64,000 bases of DNA, taken from assembly GCA_002699515.1 (NCBI GenBank), contig PAAW01000025.1, forward strand, positions 29,000 to 92,999, read 5' to 3'. The stretch's first letter is position 1; every line of letters begins with the position of its first letter. Below are positions 29,150 through 38,351 of the stretch, piece by piece. The stretch is from Methanobacteriota archaeon. GTDB lineage: Archaea > Thermoplasmatota > Poseidoniia > Poseidoniales > Poseidoniaceae. A model generated the notes under the pieces. That model was not told where the DNA came from and searched no databases. It was given only the letters and a program-made list of their open reading frames with translations. The position numbers were made by a program, and so were the translations under genes.

Positions 29150-30343
29150 ATGGCAGATGATGTACAACCTCAACAAGAAGGAATGCGAACATTACATTTA
29201 AGATTATTAAGAATTCAATGGCAAGTTGTAACATTACAATTGATTAGTACTATTGCATTATTGTGGATGTATCTTAAGATGGTTGATTTGTATATTGTTG
29301 ATTCAATAGATCATGCTCTTGCAATAGAATTTTTCGACACTCAATTAAGAACTGCTAATTTAGAAATGCCTTTACCTGCTTGGTTAACTGGGGAGGATGC
29401 TATTGGATTAGGAAGATTCTATCCAATAATGGTTTTGAGTATTGTAATTGGTGGAGGAATTGCTGCATTAACATTTCAAAATCCAGTAATTCAACGTAGA
29501 GTTAGATTAGGATTACTTTTAGGGTTTGTGATTTGGTTATTTGGTCCATTTTTGATTAAATGGTTATTTTCTAACTTTGGAAAAGGTGAATGGTGGATTC
29601 CTCCAGATGATTCAGTAGAATCACTCTTCAAAGGAGTAATTGTAGTATTAGAGGTAATTTTAATTGGAATATATATTATTCCTTTAGTATTAGGAATTCG
29701 AGGAATTTGGGGACTTTCAAAGAATGCTATAGCTTGGTCAACTGGAATAATGTTATTATTTTTAATTTTACATGCATTATTAACATTCCAAATTGTGGAA
29801 GATTTACTATTTGGAGTTACAGGAGATGGATTAAAGAAAATACCTTCTTTAGCTGGTGAACCAACAATTTTAGGATTAATAAGTCCAAATCAATTTAGCC
29901 TTTTACAACTTTCATTGTTATTGATTATTTTCCAAGAATCTTCAATGGGAGTTATAAGATATCTTGAATATGCATTTAGATTACCAGAAACATGTAAAAA
30001 AGATCCTGAATATGTCACTCAATTTTATAATTTATTAAATGGTCATATGATTCAAACAATAGTTTTAATGAGCCTTTGCGGAATTACTACAATAATTGCA
30101 TTAGGATTCCATACTCTTCTATTATCTATTGTAGCAGCATTGCCAGGTGATGGCCAATGGGCATATCAGATTCAAGAATCTATTGAATTAGAATTGACAT
30201 ATGGCTTAGTTATCTCAGCAATGTTATTTTTGTTATTATTGGCTGGTTTAAGATATATTTTACCTTGGCAAAGAATAAGTGGAGTAATAGAATCATTATA
30301 CCAAAAAGGAGACGAGGTAGTTCCTCCTCAAGAAGAATATTAA
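29150..30343 (+). CDS. Multi-pass membrane protein of unknown function
   Basis: About 8 hydrophobic segments; SD GAGGTGA overlaps the DUF58 stop. Confidence 0.8.
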   Translation: MADDVQPQQEGMRTLHLRLLRIQWQVVTLQLISTIALLWMYLKMVDLYIVDSIDHALAIEFFDTQLRTANLEMPLPAWLTGEDAIGLGRFYPIMVLSIVIGGGIAALTFQNPVIQRRVRLGLLLGFVIWLFGPFLIKWLFSNFGKGEWWIPPDDSVESLFKGVIVVLEVILIGIYIIPLVLGIRGIWGLSKNAIAWSTGIMLLFLILHALLTFQIVEDLLFGVTGDGLKKIPSLAGEPTILGLISPNQFSLLQLSLLLIIFQESSMGVIRYLEYAFRLPETCKKDPEYVTQFYNLLNGHMIQTIVLMSLCGITTIIALGFHTLLLSIVAALPGDGQWAYQIQESIELELTYGLVISAMLFLLLLAGLRYILPWQRISGVIESLYQKGDEVVPPQEEY

Positions 30344-30591
30344 TTGCTAAAATATTGAATAATTCTTCCTATTATTTCAGCAAGTGATAGTGCAAATAAT
30401 GGGGCTAAGCATACTCCAAAAAAAATATTAATTCCAACTGGTAATTCTATTCGATTTGAAATTAATATTATTAGTGAAATAGAAATTATTATTGAAAAAA
30501 TCAAACCAAAACGTTCTAGGTAAATTGGGTATTTTTTCCCTAATGTTTCAGTTCTTCCCATTAATGTGAGCTGATTTAGCTCTTTATTCAT
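30340..30591 (-). CDS. Small two-TM membrane protein, third gene of the roadblock operon
   Basis: Upstream stop TGA overlaps SD GAGGTGA, followed by ATG 30591; two hydrophobic helices. Confidence 0.75.
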   Translation of the reverse strand: MNKELNQLTLMGRTETLGKKYPIYLERFGLIFSIIISISLIILISNRIELPVGINIFFGVCLAPLFALSLAEIIGRIIQYFSN

Positions 30592-30601
30592 CTTAGTCAC
30601 C

Positions 30602-33600
30602 TCAAATTTCGAAATTATCTAATTCATTATTTAAATCATCTAAAGAGTCATCATTATCATCAGTTTCTGGATTGATATTTCTCCTCTCCCATGCATGATC
30701 TAACTTTGCTAATTCTGCTTCAATAGTAACTCTATTGTTTTCTTCAAAAGATTCTTCTGGGCCCCCATCCTCCTGTTCTTTTGAATTAGAGATAGTTTCC
30801 ATTGATGTCCACCCATCTTCATTATTTACAGTGTCATTACTTACTTCAACGCTTTCTGCATTACTAGCATTATGTGGATTTAATTCCCGAATGATTTCAT
30901 CAGATACGGTTGGCCTTTCAGATTCTAATTTTACATCTTCGTGTGGTAAAAGTCCATCTTCTTGGAATCTCCATAGAGAAGTTGGCTTTTTTGAACTAAA
31001 GGTGAGCCCAGTATCGTCTAATTGCTTCATTGCATCATCTAATGCCTTTGCTGTGTTTTCCATGAGTACTGCAGTTCCAGCATCTCCTTCATCAGCTTCA
31101 AGATAAATTGAATCTAGTGCAGATTGTATTGTTTCACGTAAATTATTTGCAATATGTGGCAATGCTTCAGGCCTATTGCATAATGCTTCAAGACGGTATA
31201 ATGTATCTTTAGGAACTCCCAATTCTTCGAGTTGAGTAATCATTTGCCTCATTTTCCTTAGTAATGTTGTTGATCTTTCAAATTCATCAAGTAATCCTTC
31301 TAAATCTAAAACAACCAATTGAACAATTTCTTTTAATTTACTTTCAAGTCTTTGTCTTACTGACCAATTAGTTAACCCTCTAATTGTATTTGCAGTTTCA
31401 GGTGTTTGAGATTCTAATAAATCCATAACCTCGCTTGATAATAAGTATCTTGGAGTTTTAGCAACATTCTCTACATTATGTTGAATAATTGTTAATCCCC
31501 TTTCAACAGCCCTATCCATTAATGTCAAACTAAATCCTAAATCCCTCATTCTGTCTAATCGTTGCATTATTGGGGCAAGAGAAGAAAAACCATGATCTTG
31601 TCCTAATAGTGCTTGTGCTAATGGCTCATCACGTAATTTGGCTCTGATAACTCCTGCTTCATTTATATCTTCTAGAGCAGCATCATGAGCATCTTTCAAT
31701 GATTCTGCTGTTGAAATTAAATTATTTACTTCTGTTTCGGCTTCAGATCTTCTTGCACCTAGGTCTCCTAATTCCCTCATTATTCTACGGCGTTCCTCGC
31801 CTAATTCTCTAACTTCTGCATGTAAGTGTCCTAGACGTCTTTCAGAATCTAAGAAATATGCTCTTTCTTCTTCCATTAATTTCCTATGTGACTTTGCTTC
31901 TGCATCTAAATCTTCTAACTCTTTATTTTGACTTTCAATTCTCCTTTCTAGTTCATTTGAAATCGTTGTAGCCTGACGATGTCTTTCTCTTTGTGCTTCT
32001 AGTTGGTCTGCAACCATTCTATGTCTTCTATCGTCAGCATCAATTGAAGACCTCAATTGTCTTAATCTGATATCTCCTGCTTCGATTTCTGATTTTAATT
32101 GGATTTCTTGATCTGAAAGTTTACTAACCATCCTTTGTAATTCTTCTCTACTTCCTGACTCACCAACTGCTTGTGCAAGTTCCTCAATTCTTTTTTCTAC
32201 CTGATTTTCTAATTCCTTAATTCTTTGAGTCAGACTTTCATTTCGATTTAATGCTAATTCTTGACCATTTGTAGACTCTCTTAATTCAATTTTAAGTTGT
32301 GAAATTTCATCGACATTATTTGAATTTAATTTTTGCATTTCAGATATTCTTACACGCATTCCATCAACTTCAACTTTAGAAGCATTATAAGATGCTTTTA
32401 CATCATCCCTTTGTCTTTCCATTCGTCCAACTTCTTTAATTAAACGTGCTTGCTCTTGTTTGATTTTATCATATTCGCTTGAATCAACAACTGATGTTGG
32501 CATTAACATTTTTCCACTTTGTGCTTTTGGAAGTAATTTCGCGCCTTTTGATTTATCCTCTTTTAATGTCCAATTACCTAATCCCTCGGTAAGATCTTCA
32601 ATTCCAATAGCAAACCCAAAAATTTTCATTAATCTTTTATTAATTTGTTTTTCTCTATCTTTGGATCTAGTCCTAGCTTTTGCAATATTTGTACAAAACG
32701 AGTTCAAATTGAATTTGGGAGTATTATTAAGGTGATTTTTCAATCTACCTACCTTTGGTAAAGAAAATAGTGTTAACTTTGCTTTAGGTGCAGTTGAATT
32801 CAAAGCTACTTTAGATACAGATAATGGCTTTTCCGAACGCGCACCAACAGGAATGCCATTACAGAGGAGTATGTCTAGAGAATTATCTTCATTTTCAACT
32901 CTAATATATCCATTGATTAATTCGGCATTTCCCCGAGAAAACATAGAAATTAAATTATCTAATCCACCTTTTCTTTCAAGGGTGTTTAACCCCTCTTCAA
33001 GCATACTCCCATCATCATCAGCGATATTTGATGTCGGTTGCGCCTCTAATTTGGCCATTGAATCGATTAATATTGCATCATGATCTGCTCCATCAGATAC
33101 CCAGGCAACAACGTCTAGGTCATCTACTCTAATCATCATTAATGAGCCATCTTGCATATGCATAGTTACTCTGTTAAGTGATGGTAATTCTAATTTATTT
33201 ACGAATTTAGTAGTTCGATCTAATTCTGTTTTTATTGTTGCAGCAACATCTTCAACTTTTCCAGGCATTTCTCCTTTTGAGTGTATGACCATTCCTTGTT
33301 GTGAAGCCAGAGCACCGATTACTGATGCCCTATCGGTAAGTGTGTCAACAAATGAACTAGCTTGCAATGAGTCAAAACCATCAGAGAATGATCGTCTTGT
33401 TGAAATCCATGCTAAAGAATTCAAATCATAGAATGCTGCTGGAATTAAAATAGCTACTTCTGCAAATTCCTTTTGCGTCCACGTATGTCTTAAAGTTCTT
33501 AATTTATTTTTACTATTTAATTTTTTCAACTCTTCAATAGCATTTTTCGCCCCAACATAATTTTTCTTTTTACCTGATTGAACAATACATCCCACAACTT

Positions 33601-33748
33601 CTTTTCCCGCGATTAGACGATATCCACAGGGGGTTTTTGATTTAGGCAAAAAATAGCTAATGACGCCATAATCAATCTCGCTACTTTTCTTTTCTAAATC
33701 AGGCATTGTACCTTTCTTTTCATTATTTCCTATTGGTAAACTAAACAT
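30602..33748 (-). CDS. Large multidomain protein: DUF2226/PATAN-like, roadblock, second DUF2226/PATAN-like, long coiled coil, acidic tail
   Basis: Roadblock-like aa ~130-236; LISMF...NGYIRV....LDILLCNGIPVGA at aa ~263-303; heptad-rich aa ~425-700; no Walker motifs. Domain names are by-eye inference. Confidence 0.7.
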   Translation of the reverse strand: MFSLPIGNNEKKGTMPDLEKKSSEIDYGVISYFLPKSKTPCGYRLIAGKEVVGCIVQSGKKKNYVGAKNAIEELKKLNSKNKLRTLRHTWTQKEFAEVAILIPAAFYDLNSLAWISTRRSFSDGFDSLQASSFVDTLTDRASVIGALASQQGMVIHSKGEMPGKVEDVAATIKTELDRTTKFVNKLELPSLNRVTMHMQDGSLMMIRVDDLDVVAWVSDGADHDAILIDSMAKLEAQPTSNIADDDGSMLEEGLNTLERKGGLDNLISMFSRGNAELINGYIRVENEDNSLDILLCNGIPVGARSEKPLSVSKVALNSTAPKAKLTLFSLPKVGRLKNHLNNTPKFNLNSFCTNIAKARTRSKDREKQINKRLMKIFGFAIGIEDLTEGLGNWTLKEDKSKGAKLLPKAQSGKMLMPTSVVDSSEYDKIKQEQARLIKEVGRMERQRDDVKASYNASKVEVDGMRVRISEMQKLNSNNVDEISQLKIELRESTNGQELALNRNESLTQRIKELENQVEKRIEELAQAVGESGSREELQRMVSKLSDQEIQLKSEIEAGDIRLRQLRSSIDADDRRHRMVADQLEAQRERHRQATTISNELERRIESQNKELEDLDAEAKSHRKLMEEERAYFLDSERRLGHLHAEVRELGEERRRIMRELGDLGARRSEAETEVNNLISTAESLKDAHDAALEDINEAGVIRAKLRDEPLAQALLGQDHGFSSLAPIMQRLDRMRDLGFSLTLMDRAVERGLTIIQHNVENVAKTPRYLLSSEVMDLLESQTPETANTIRGLTNWSVRQRLESKLKEIVQLVVLDLEGLLDEFERSTTLLRKMRQMITQLEELGVPKDTLYRLEALCNRPEALPHIANNLRETIQSALDSIYLEADEGDAGTAVLMENTAKALDDAMKQLDDTGLTFSSKKPTSLWRFQEDGLLPHEDVKLESERPTVSDEIIRELNPHNASNAESVEVSNDTVNNEDGWTSMETISNSKEQEDGGPEESFEENNRVTIEAELAKLDHAWERRNINPETDDNDDSLDDLNNELDNFEI

Positions 33749-33757
33749 TTTTCACAC

Positions 33758-34102
33758 CTATATTAATTGAGCAATTGCTTCTTTTTTTGTATTCAATTCA
33801 TAACTTAAACGACCAAGATTTGGATTTTCAGAAGTTAATATTCCAATATATTTCCGATCAGGTAGTGCGCACAAAAGAATACTGCCATTTTCAGATTCAA
33901 TCCAGCATTGATTTGCATCACCCATATCAAATAATTTTGAACTCATGTCGAGTGTTTGCAACAGGCCGCCAAAGTCCATGAATGAAACGTCTTGTCTATT
34001 AGTACTATAAGTTTGCATCAATTCATTACCAATATTATCGATAATTGCTGCAAATTGAACTCCTGGGATTTGACAAAACGATGCCAATAAACGTTGTAAC
34101 AT
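33758..34102 (-). CDS. Roadblock/LC7 (MglB-like) domain protein
   Basis: IPGVQFAAIIDNIG...LFDMGDANQCWIESENGSILL...ILTSENPNLGRLSYEL, the roadblock fold pattern with the NLG motif. Confidence 0.85.
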   Translation of the reverse strand: MLQRLLASFCQIPGVQFAAIIDNIGNELMQTYSTNRQDVSFMDFGGLLQTLDMSSKLFDMGDANQCWIESENGSILLCALPDRKYIGILTSENPNLGRLSYELNTKKEAIAQLI

Positions 34103-34169
34103 ACTGTCTCAAATCGAATTAGTATACACTCTAGTTCAAGATATTTGGGGATGAATGAGTTTTAATTTA

Positions 34170-34595
34170 CTAATTCTCGCTATTTACAACAGTTTCCGAT
34201 GGTTCAGGATGAATTGAATACAAAATTAAAACCAAAGCCGCAGAAACAGGAATCAAGGTAGCGAATAAGAATTTTAATTCAAATTCCATAAGGTTAGTTG
34301 TCCAACCATAAATTTCCAATAATATGGTCAATAAGAAACCAAATGCGAAGAATCTTCCGAAGATATGCAGGTTTTCCTTGACATAAACTGACACGAGCCA
34401 TTGTGCTAATCCAATAAAAATTGAAAAAACTGCTACATACTTACTCACAAATATACCATACTCGGTAAGTTCAGGACCAACAGCTATTGCATCTGTTGGC
34501 CATAAAAGAAAACCAGTACCGAGCATTATTGGCAGAAAGCCAGTTAATTTCAAGATTGTAGATAAGCCAATTCCTACTTCTTCATCTTCTTCCAT
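34170..34595 (-). CDS. Four-TM membrane protein of unknown function
   Basis: 141 aa with four hydrophobic segments. Confidence 0.75.
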   Translation of the reverse strand: MEEDEEVGIGLSTILKLTGFLPIMLGTGFLLWPTDAIAVGPELTEYGIFVSKYVAVFSIFIGLAQWLVSVYVKENLHIFGRFFAFGFLLTILLEIYGWTTNLMEFELKFLFATLIPVSAALVLILYSIHPEPSETVVNSEN

Positions 34596-34698
34596 AGTTC
34601 TAGGCGTATTTTATGGATATCAAAAGTTTGTCGCCCTTCAAGGCGTAAAAATATGCCATTCTAAACAGAAAACAAATATCCAGTAAGCTGATTGAATA

Positions 34699-35217
34699 TC
34701 ACTTCAGAACCTTGCCAATATTGCGAGCAGCATTCTCAAGAGTAGTTTGTGAGAATTTTCGATCTGTCCCAATGACCATATTATCGATTGATATGTATCT
34801 TTTCTTGAAAATCAAGAGTGTTGAGTTGAAGCCAGTGGTAATTGCATCAGCCCGAATCACGTTGACCATGTCCGTTCCGCTCTCAAAAAGATAGAGTGAA
34901 TAGTTGCGAATGTCCATTATGACTCGCTGGTTGGTGACAATAAGTTTCACTTTTTGTTTGAAACCAAGAATACTCATGAATAGCATTGCTATGGAATTGA
35001 TGACACGGAGAATAGGGTTCGAGGTCGTGTATTCGAGGATACCGCTGAATTCGTCAGTAACAACCTCTCCTGCTTCCATCCATGGATATGCTCCACTTGA
35101 TGTGGCGTGTGTAGTGACCGACATAGGCGCTTGCTCTTGATGTTCTGGGGAGTCAATTGGCACCCATTCATTACCGTCCCACTTGTATTGTCCATCTTCA
35201 CTAATCTGCATGTTCAT
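34699..35217 (-). CDS. Hypothetical protein with N-terminal ISEDGQYKWDGNEWVP motif, one TM and a PH-like C-terminus
   Basis: ORF with elevated GC; LIVTNQRVI resembles bacterial PH-like domains; start chosen at ATG 35217. Confidence 0.65.
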   Translation of the reverse strand: MNMQISEDGQYKWDGNEWVPIDSPEHQEQAPMSVTTHATSSGAYPWMEAGEVVTDEFSGILEYTTSNPILRVINSIAMLFMSILGFKQKVKLIVTNQRVIMDIRNYSLYLFESGTDMVNVIRADAITTGFNSTLLIFKKRYISIDNMVIGTDRKFSQTTLENAARNIGKVLK

Positions 35218-35390
35218 AACCTGAACTAATTGAATTTGCCATATAACCTTATTTATGCACAATATAGTTTATTGTCAAGAATCTATTCAAAAATATTGCT
35301 GCCCGTTGAAACGTCTAAGAACACTCACAAATTAGATACCGCCTAACCCAAATACAAGTGTTTATTCGAGTGCTTACTGGAGAACTCGTT

Positions 35391-36221
35391 ATGCGTCGTG
35401 TAAACCACATCATACCCTCCCACACCGTTCTTGAGGGTGGAGGGTTCAAAGTACGTAGGCCTGTTGCGATGGGGAAACTCATGAGCCCTTTTTTACTTCT
35501 TGATGAGATGGGCCCTGTAGATTATGGGCCAGGCGAAGCTGTTGGAGCCCCTTGGCATCCACATCGTGGTTTTGAAACTGTAACATACATGCTAGCAGGG
35601 CAGATGCAGCATCAAGATAGTGCTGGTAACAAAGGTGATCTAAATCCAGGTGATGTACAATGGATGACTGCAGGAAGAGGAATCATACATTCAGAGGAAC
35701 CACATACAGAGTTCCAAAAAAAAGGTGGCCTGATGCATGGTTTTCAAATTTGGATTAACCTACCCGCTAAACACAAAATGATGCAACCGCGTTACCAAGA
35801 AATCCCAGCGAAAATGTCTCCGACCACTGAAAAAGAGGGGGTTTGGGTTCGTGTAGTTGCTGGTGAATGCTTAGGGGTACAATCATCGATTGATACAATG
35901 GTTCCAATCGAGTACATCCATGCGAAAATGAATGAAAACTCAATACTTGAAAAGGAAATAGATAATTCATTGAATGCGATGATCTATGTCTTTGGAGGAG
36001 AAATCATCATCGAGAACAAGGTTATCAAAGATGGTGAATTGGCACTCTTATCAGATGGTGAGAAAATTGTTATTCAATCCAAGATGTCCTCTGATTTTTT
36101 AATATTAGCTGGACCAGAATTGAATGAACCAATAGCGCGACATGGGCCATTTGTGATGAATACTAGAGAAGAAATTCTACAGGCATTTTCCGATTATCAA
36201 AATGGTACATTTGTAAATTAA
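35391..36221 (+). CDS. Pirin-family bicupin
   Basis: PFLLLDEMGP, HPHRGFETVTY, QWMTAGRGIIHSE, QIWINLP, GPFVMNT. Confidence 0.95.
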   Translation: MRRVNHIIPSHTVLEGGGFKVRRPVAMGKLMSPFLLLDEMGPVDYGPGEAVGAPWHPHRGFETVTYMLAGQMQHQDSAGNKGDLNPGDVQWMTAGRGIIHSEEPHTEFQKKGGLMHGFQIWINLPAKHKMMQPRYQEIPAKMSPTTEKEGVWVRVVAGECLGVQSSIDTMVPIEYIHAKMNENSILEKEIDNSLNAMIYVFGGEIIIENKVIKDGELALLSDGEKIVIQSKMSSDFLILAGPELNEPIARHGPFVMNTREEILQAFSDYQNGTFVN

Positions 36222-36367
36222 CTTCAGGATATTCTGATTAATACTCTCAAAGAGGTGTCTAAGCACTGTGGTTGTTTGGATTCCGCCTTTTTGAGAGGTG
36301 TACAGAACGAGAATTTTCATTAAATAAAAACGATTACTCTAATTAGGTGAATTTTGAGGGACAGACA

Positions 36368-36559
36368 ATGCCAACAGGTACAGTAAAATGGTTTAACCAA
36401 ACAAAAGGCTTCGGCTTTATCGAACAAGAAGGCGGAGAAGATCTCTTTGTCCACAAATCCCAGGTGACTGGTGAAATTCGCGATGGAGACTCTGTCGAGT
36501 TTGAAATCGGTGAAGGACCTAAAGGTCCAAACGCAATTAATGTTCGTAAATCCGAATAA
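36368..36559 (+). CDS. cspA: Cold-shock protein (CspA family)
   Basis: GTVKWFN..KGFGFI (RNP1), DLFVH (RNP2), [16 protein letters not shown] upstream. Confidence 0.95.
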   Translation: MPTGTVKWFNQTKGFGFIEQEGGEDLFVHKSQVTGEIRDGDSVEFEIGEGPKGPNAINVRKSE

Positions 36560-36639
36560 GCTAGACTCGAAATCTTCTTACGAAGGTTACAGAGGAAACT
36601 TTTCCAAACAATCAAATCTAAATTAGATTAGCGAATAGT

Positions 36640-37332
36640 ATGGACCCACGAAATGTAGTCAAATTAGCTTATGATTCGATAGGTTCTGAATTTGGAAAAA
36701 AACGTACAAATACATGGGACTTTGTAGTAGATTGGTTAAAGGGATTAATATTAAAACAACCAGCGAACAATTTGAAATTATTAATTGCGGGTTGCGGTAA
36801 TGGAAGACATGTAAAATTAGCAAATGATTTAGGTTTTGATGTATTTGCAATTGATATTTCCCCTAATATGGTAAGTGCTACTATTCAATCTGAGATTGAA
36901 AACGGAAGAGATGGTTCAAATATTTTGGTTTCAGATATTTGTGATTTGCCGTATCTTGATAATGAATTTGATGCGATATTGTCAATTGCAGTGTTACATC
37001 ATTTACCATTTGATTTATGCGAAAATGCATTTTGTGAATTTTCTAGAGTATTAAGTACAAATGGAGAGGTATTGATTTCATGTTGGGATCCTTCAGCACC
37101 TTCTGTAGTTAAAGGGGAAAGAGATGAAGAGCAAAAAAACGTTGTTTGGGTTTCTTGGACATTGCCAGATTCATCAATAGTATCGAGATATTATCATGTC
37201 CCAAAGATAGACGTTAGAATAAAGCATTGGAAAGAAATTCATGGCTTGGTTTGTAATCATTTTGAATTAAGAAATTCCAATCAATTGTTTTATTTTTCTA
37301 AGAGTAAACTTCCCGATGAATTGAAGCATTAG
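36640..37332 (+). CDS. Class I SAM methyltransferase, Trm9/ALKBH8-like tRNA U34 carboxymethyl methyltransferase
   Basis: YDSIG.EF...R...W..V, GCGNGRH, FDAILSIAVLHHL, ISCW, V.W...RYYHV; directly upstream of Ncs6. Confidence 0.7.
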   Translation: MDPRNVVKLAYDSIGSEFGKKRTNTWDFVVDWLKGLILKQPANNLKLLIAGCGNGRHVKLANDLGFDVFAIDISPNMVSATIQSEIENGRDGSNILVSDICDLPYLDNEFDAILSIAVLHHLPFDLCENAFCEFSRVLSTNGEVLISCWDPSAPSVVKGERDEEQKNVVWVSWTLPDSSIVSRYYHVPKIDVRIKHWKEIHGLVCNHFELRNSNQLFYFSKSKLPDELKH

Positions 37333-37337
37333 ATTCT

Positions 37338-38351
37338 GTGCGAGTATTAATGGCGGCAGTTGAAGTTTCACAATGTTCTCGTTGTCGGAAACCAGCAATT
37401 CTATTTCAAGAATATTCGGGTCAGCATTATTGTTCAAGTTGTTTAATTCGTAGTGTTAGAAAAAGAATCGGAAAAGAATTACGCAAACAATTAATACTTC
37501 CAAAAAGTGATAAAAATCAATTAACAACAATTATGGTTGCTGTAAGTGGAGGAAAAGACTCTGCAGTACTTTTGGAAACTTTACATCATTTCTTAAAAAA
37601 TAGAAAAGATGTAAAATTAATTGCTGGTTGCGTTAATGAAGGAATAGAAGGATACAGAAAACCTTCAATGGAATGTGCAGAAAAATTAGCAAATTCTCTT
37701 GATATTGAATTCATAACTTTAAGCTATAAATCATTAGGATTTGACGATATGGATAATGTAGTCAAACTAATGCCTGGTATTAGTGAAAAACATGAAGAAG
37801 TTAAAGGTATGTCTCCTTGTTCATTTTGTGGTGTATTCAGGCGTCAGGGAATTAATAAATTAGCATCAGAAACTCAAGCAGATTATGTAGCTTTAGGGCA
37901 TAATTTAGATGACATGGCTCAAACAGTTTTAATGAACTTACAAAAAGGAGATTTAGATAGAACATTGAGATTAGCACCACATTCATGGTCGCCAATTAAA
38001 GGAATGGCTCCAAGGATTGTTCCAATAAGATGGATTCCAGAACAAGAGGTTCAAGCATATGCAATGTCAATGGGTTTACCCTTTCATGATGATGAATGCC
38101 CACATTCGCACCAAGCATTAAGAATATTACATAGAGATATTATTGCAAGGATGGAAGATGCAGTTCCTGGTACAAGACATGGTTTAGTTCATTCATCAGA
38201 TTCAGTTAAAGAAATGTATATGAAAAATAAATCATCAACTGACGAGGAGTTTACTAAAGTTGCTAATAATTGTGAATCCTGTGGACAAATCACAAGTCAA
38301 AAAATTTGTAAAGCATGTATAATGAAAACATGGTTGATTGAACAGTTATAA
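37338..38351 (+). CDS. tRNA 2-thiolation protein, Ncs6/NcsA/TtuA family
   Basis: N- and C-terminal Zn fingers, PP-loop SGGKDS, CSFCGVFRR, GHNLDD, CPH. Confidence 0.92.
   Translation: MRVLMAAVEVSQCSRCRKPAILFQEYSGQHYCSSCLIRSVRKRIGKELRKQLILPKSDKNQLTTIMVAVSGGKDSAVLLETLHHFLKNRKDVKLIAGCVNEGIEGYRKPSMECAEKLANSLDIEFITLSYKSLGFDDMDNVVKLMPGISEKHEEVKGMSPCSFCGVFRRQGINKLASETQADYVALGHNLDDMAQTVLMNLQKGDLDRTLRLAPHSWSPIKGMAPRIVPIRWIPEQEVQAYAMSMGLPFHDDECPHSHQALRILHRDIIARMEDAVPGTRHGLVHSSDSVKEMYMKNKSSTDEEFTKVANNCESCGQITSQKICKACIMKTWLIEQL

Noticed and set aside
30602..33748. Possible SMC/Rad50 call for the 1048-aa coiled-coil protein
   Set aside because: No Walker A, signature or Walker B motif and no hinge or Zn-hook; only generic coiled-coil similarity.
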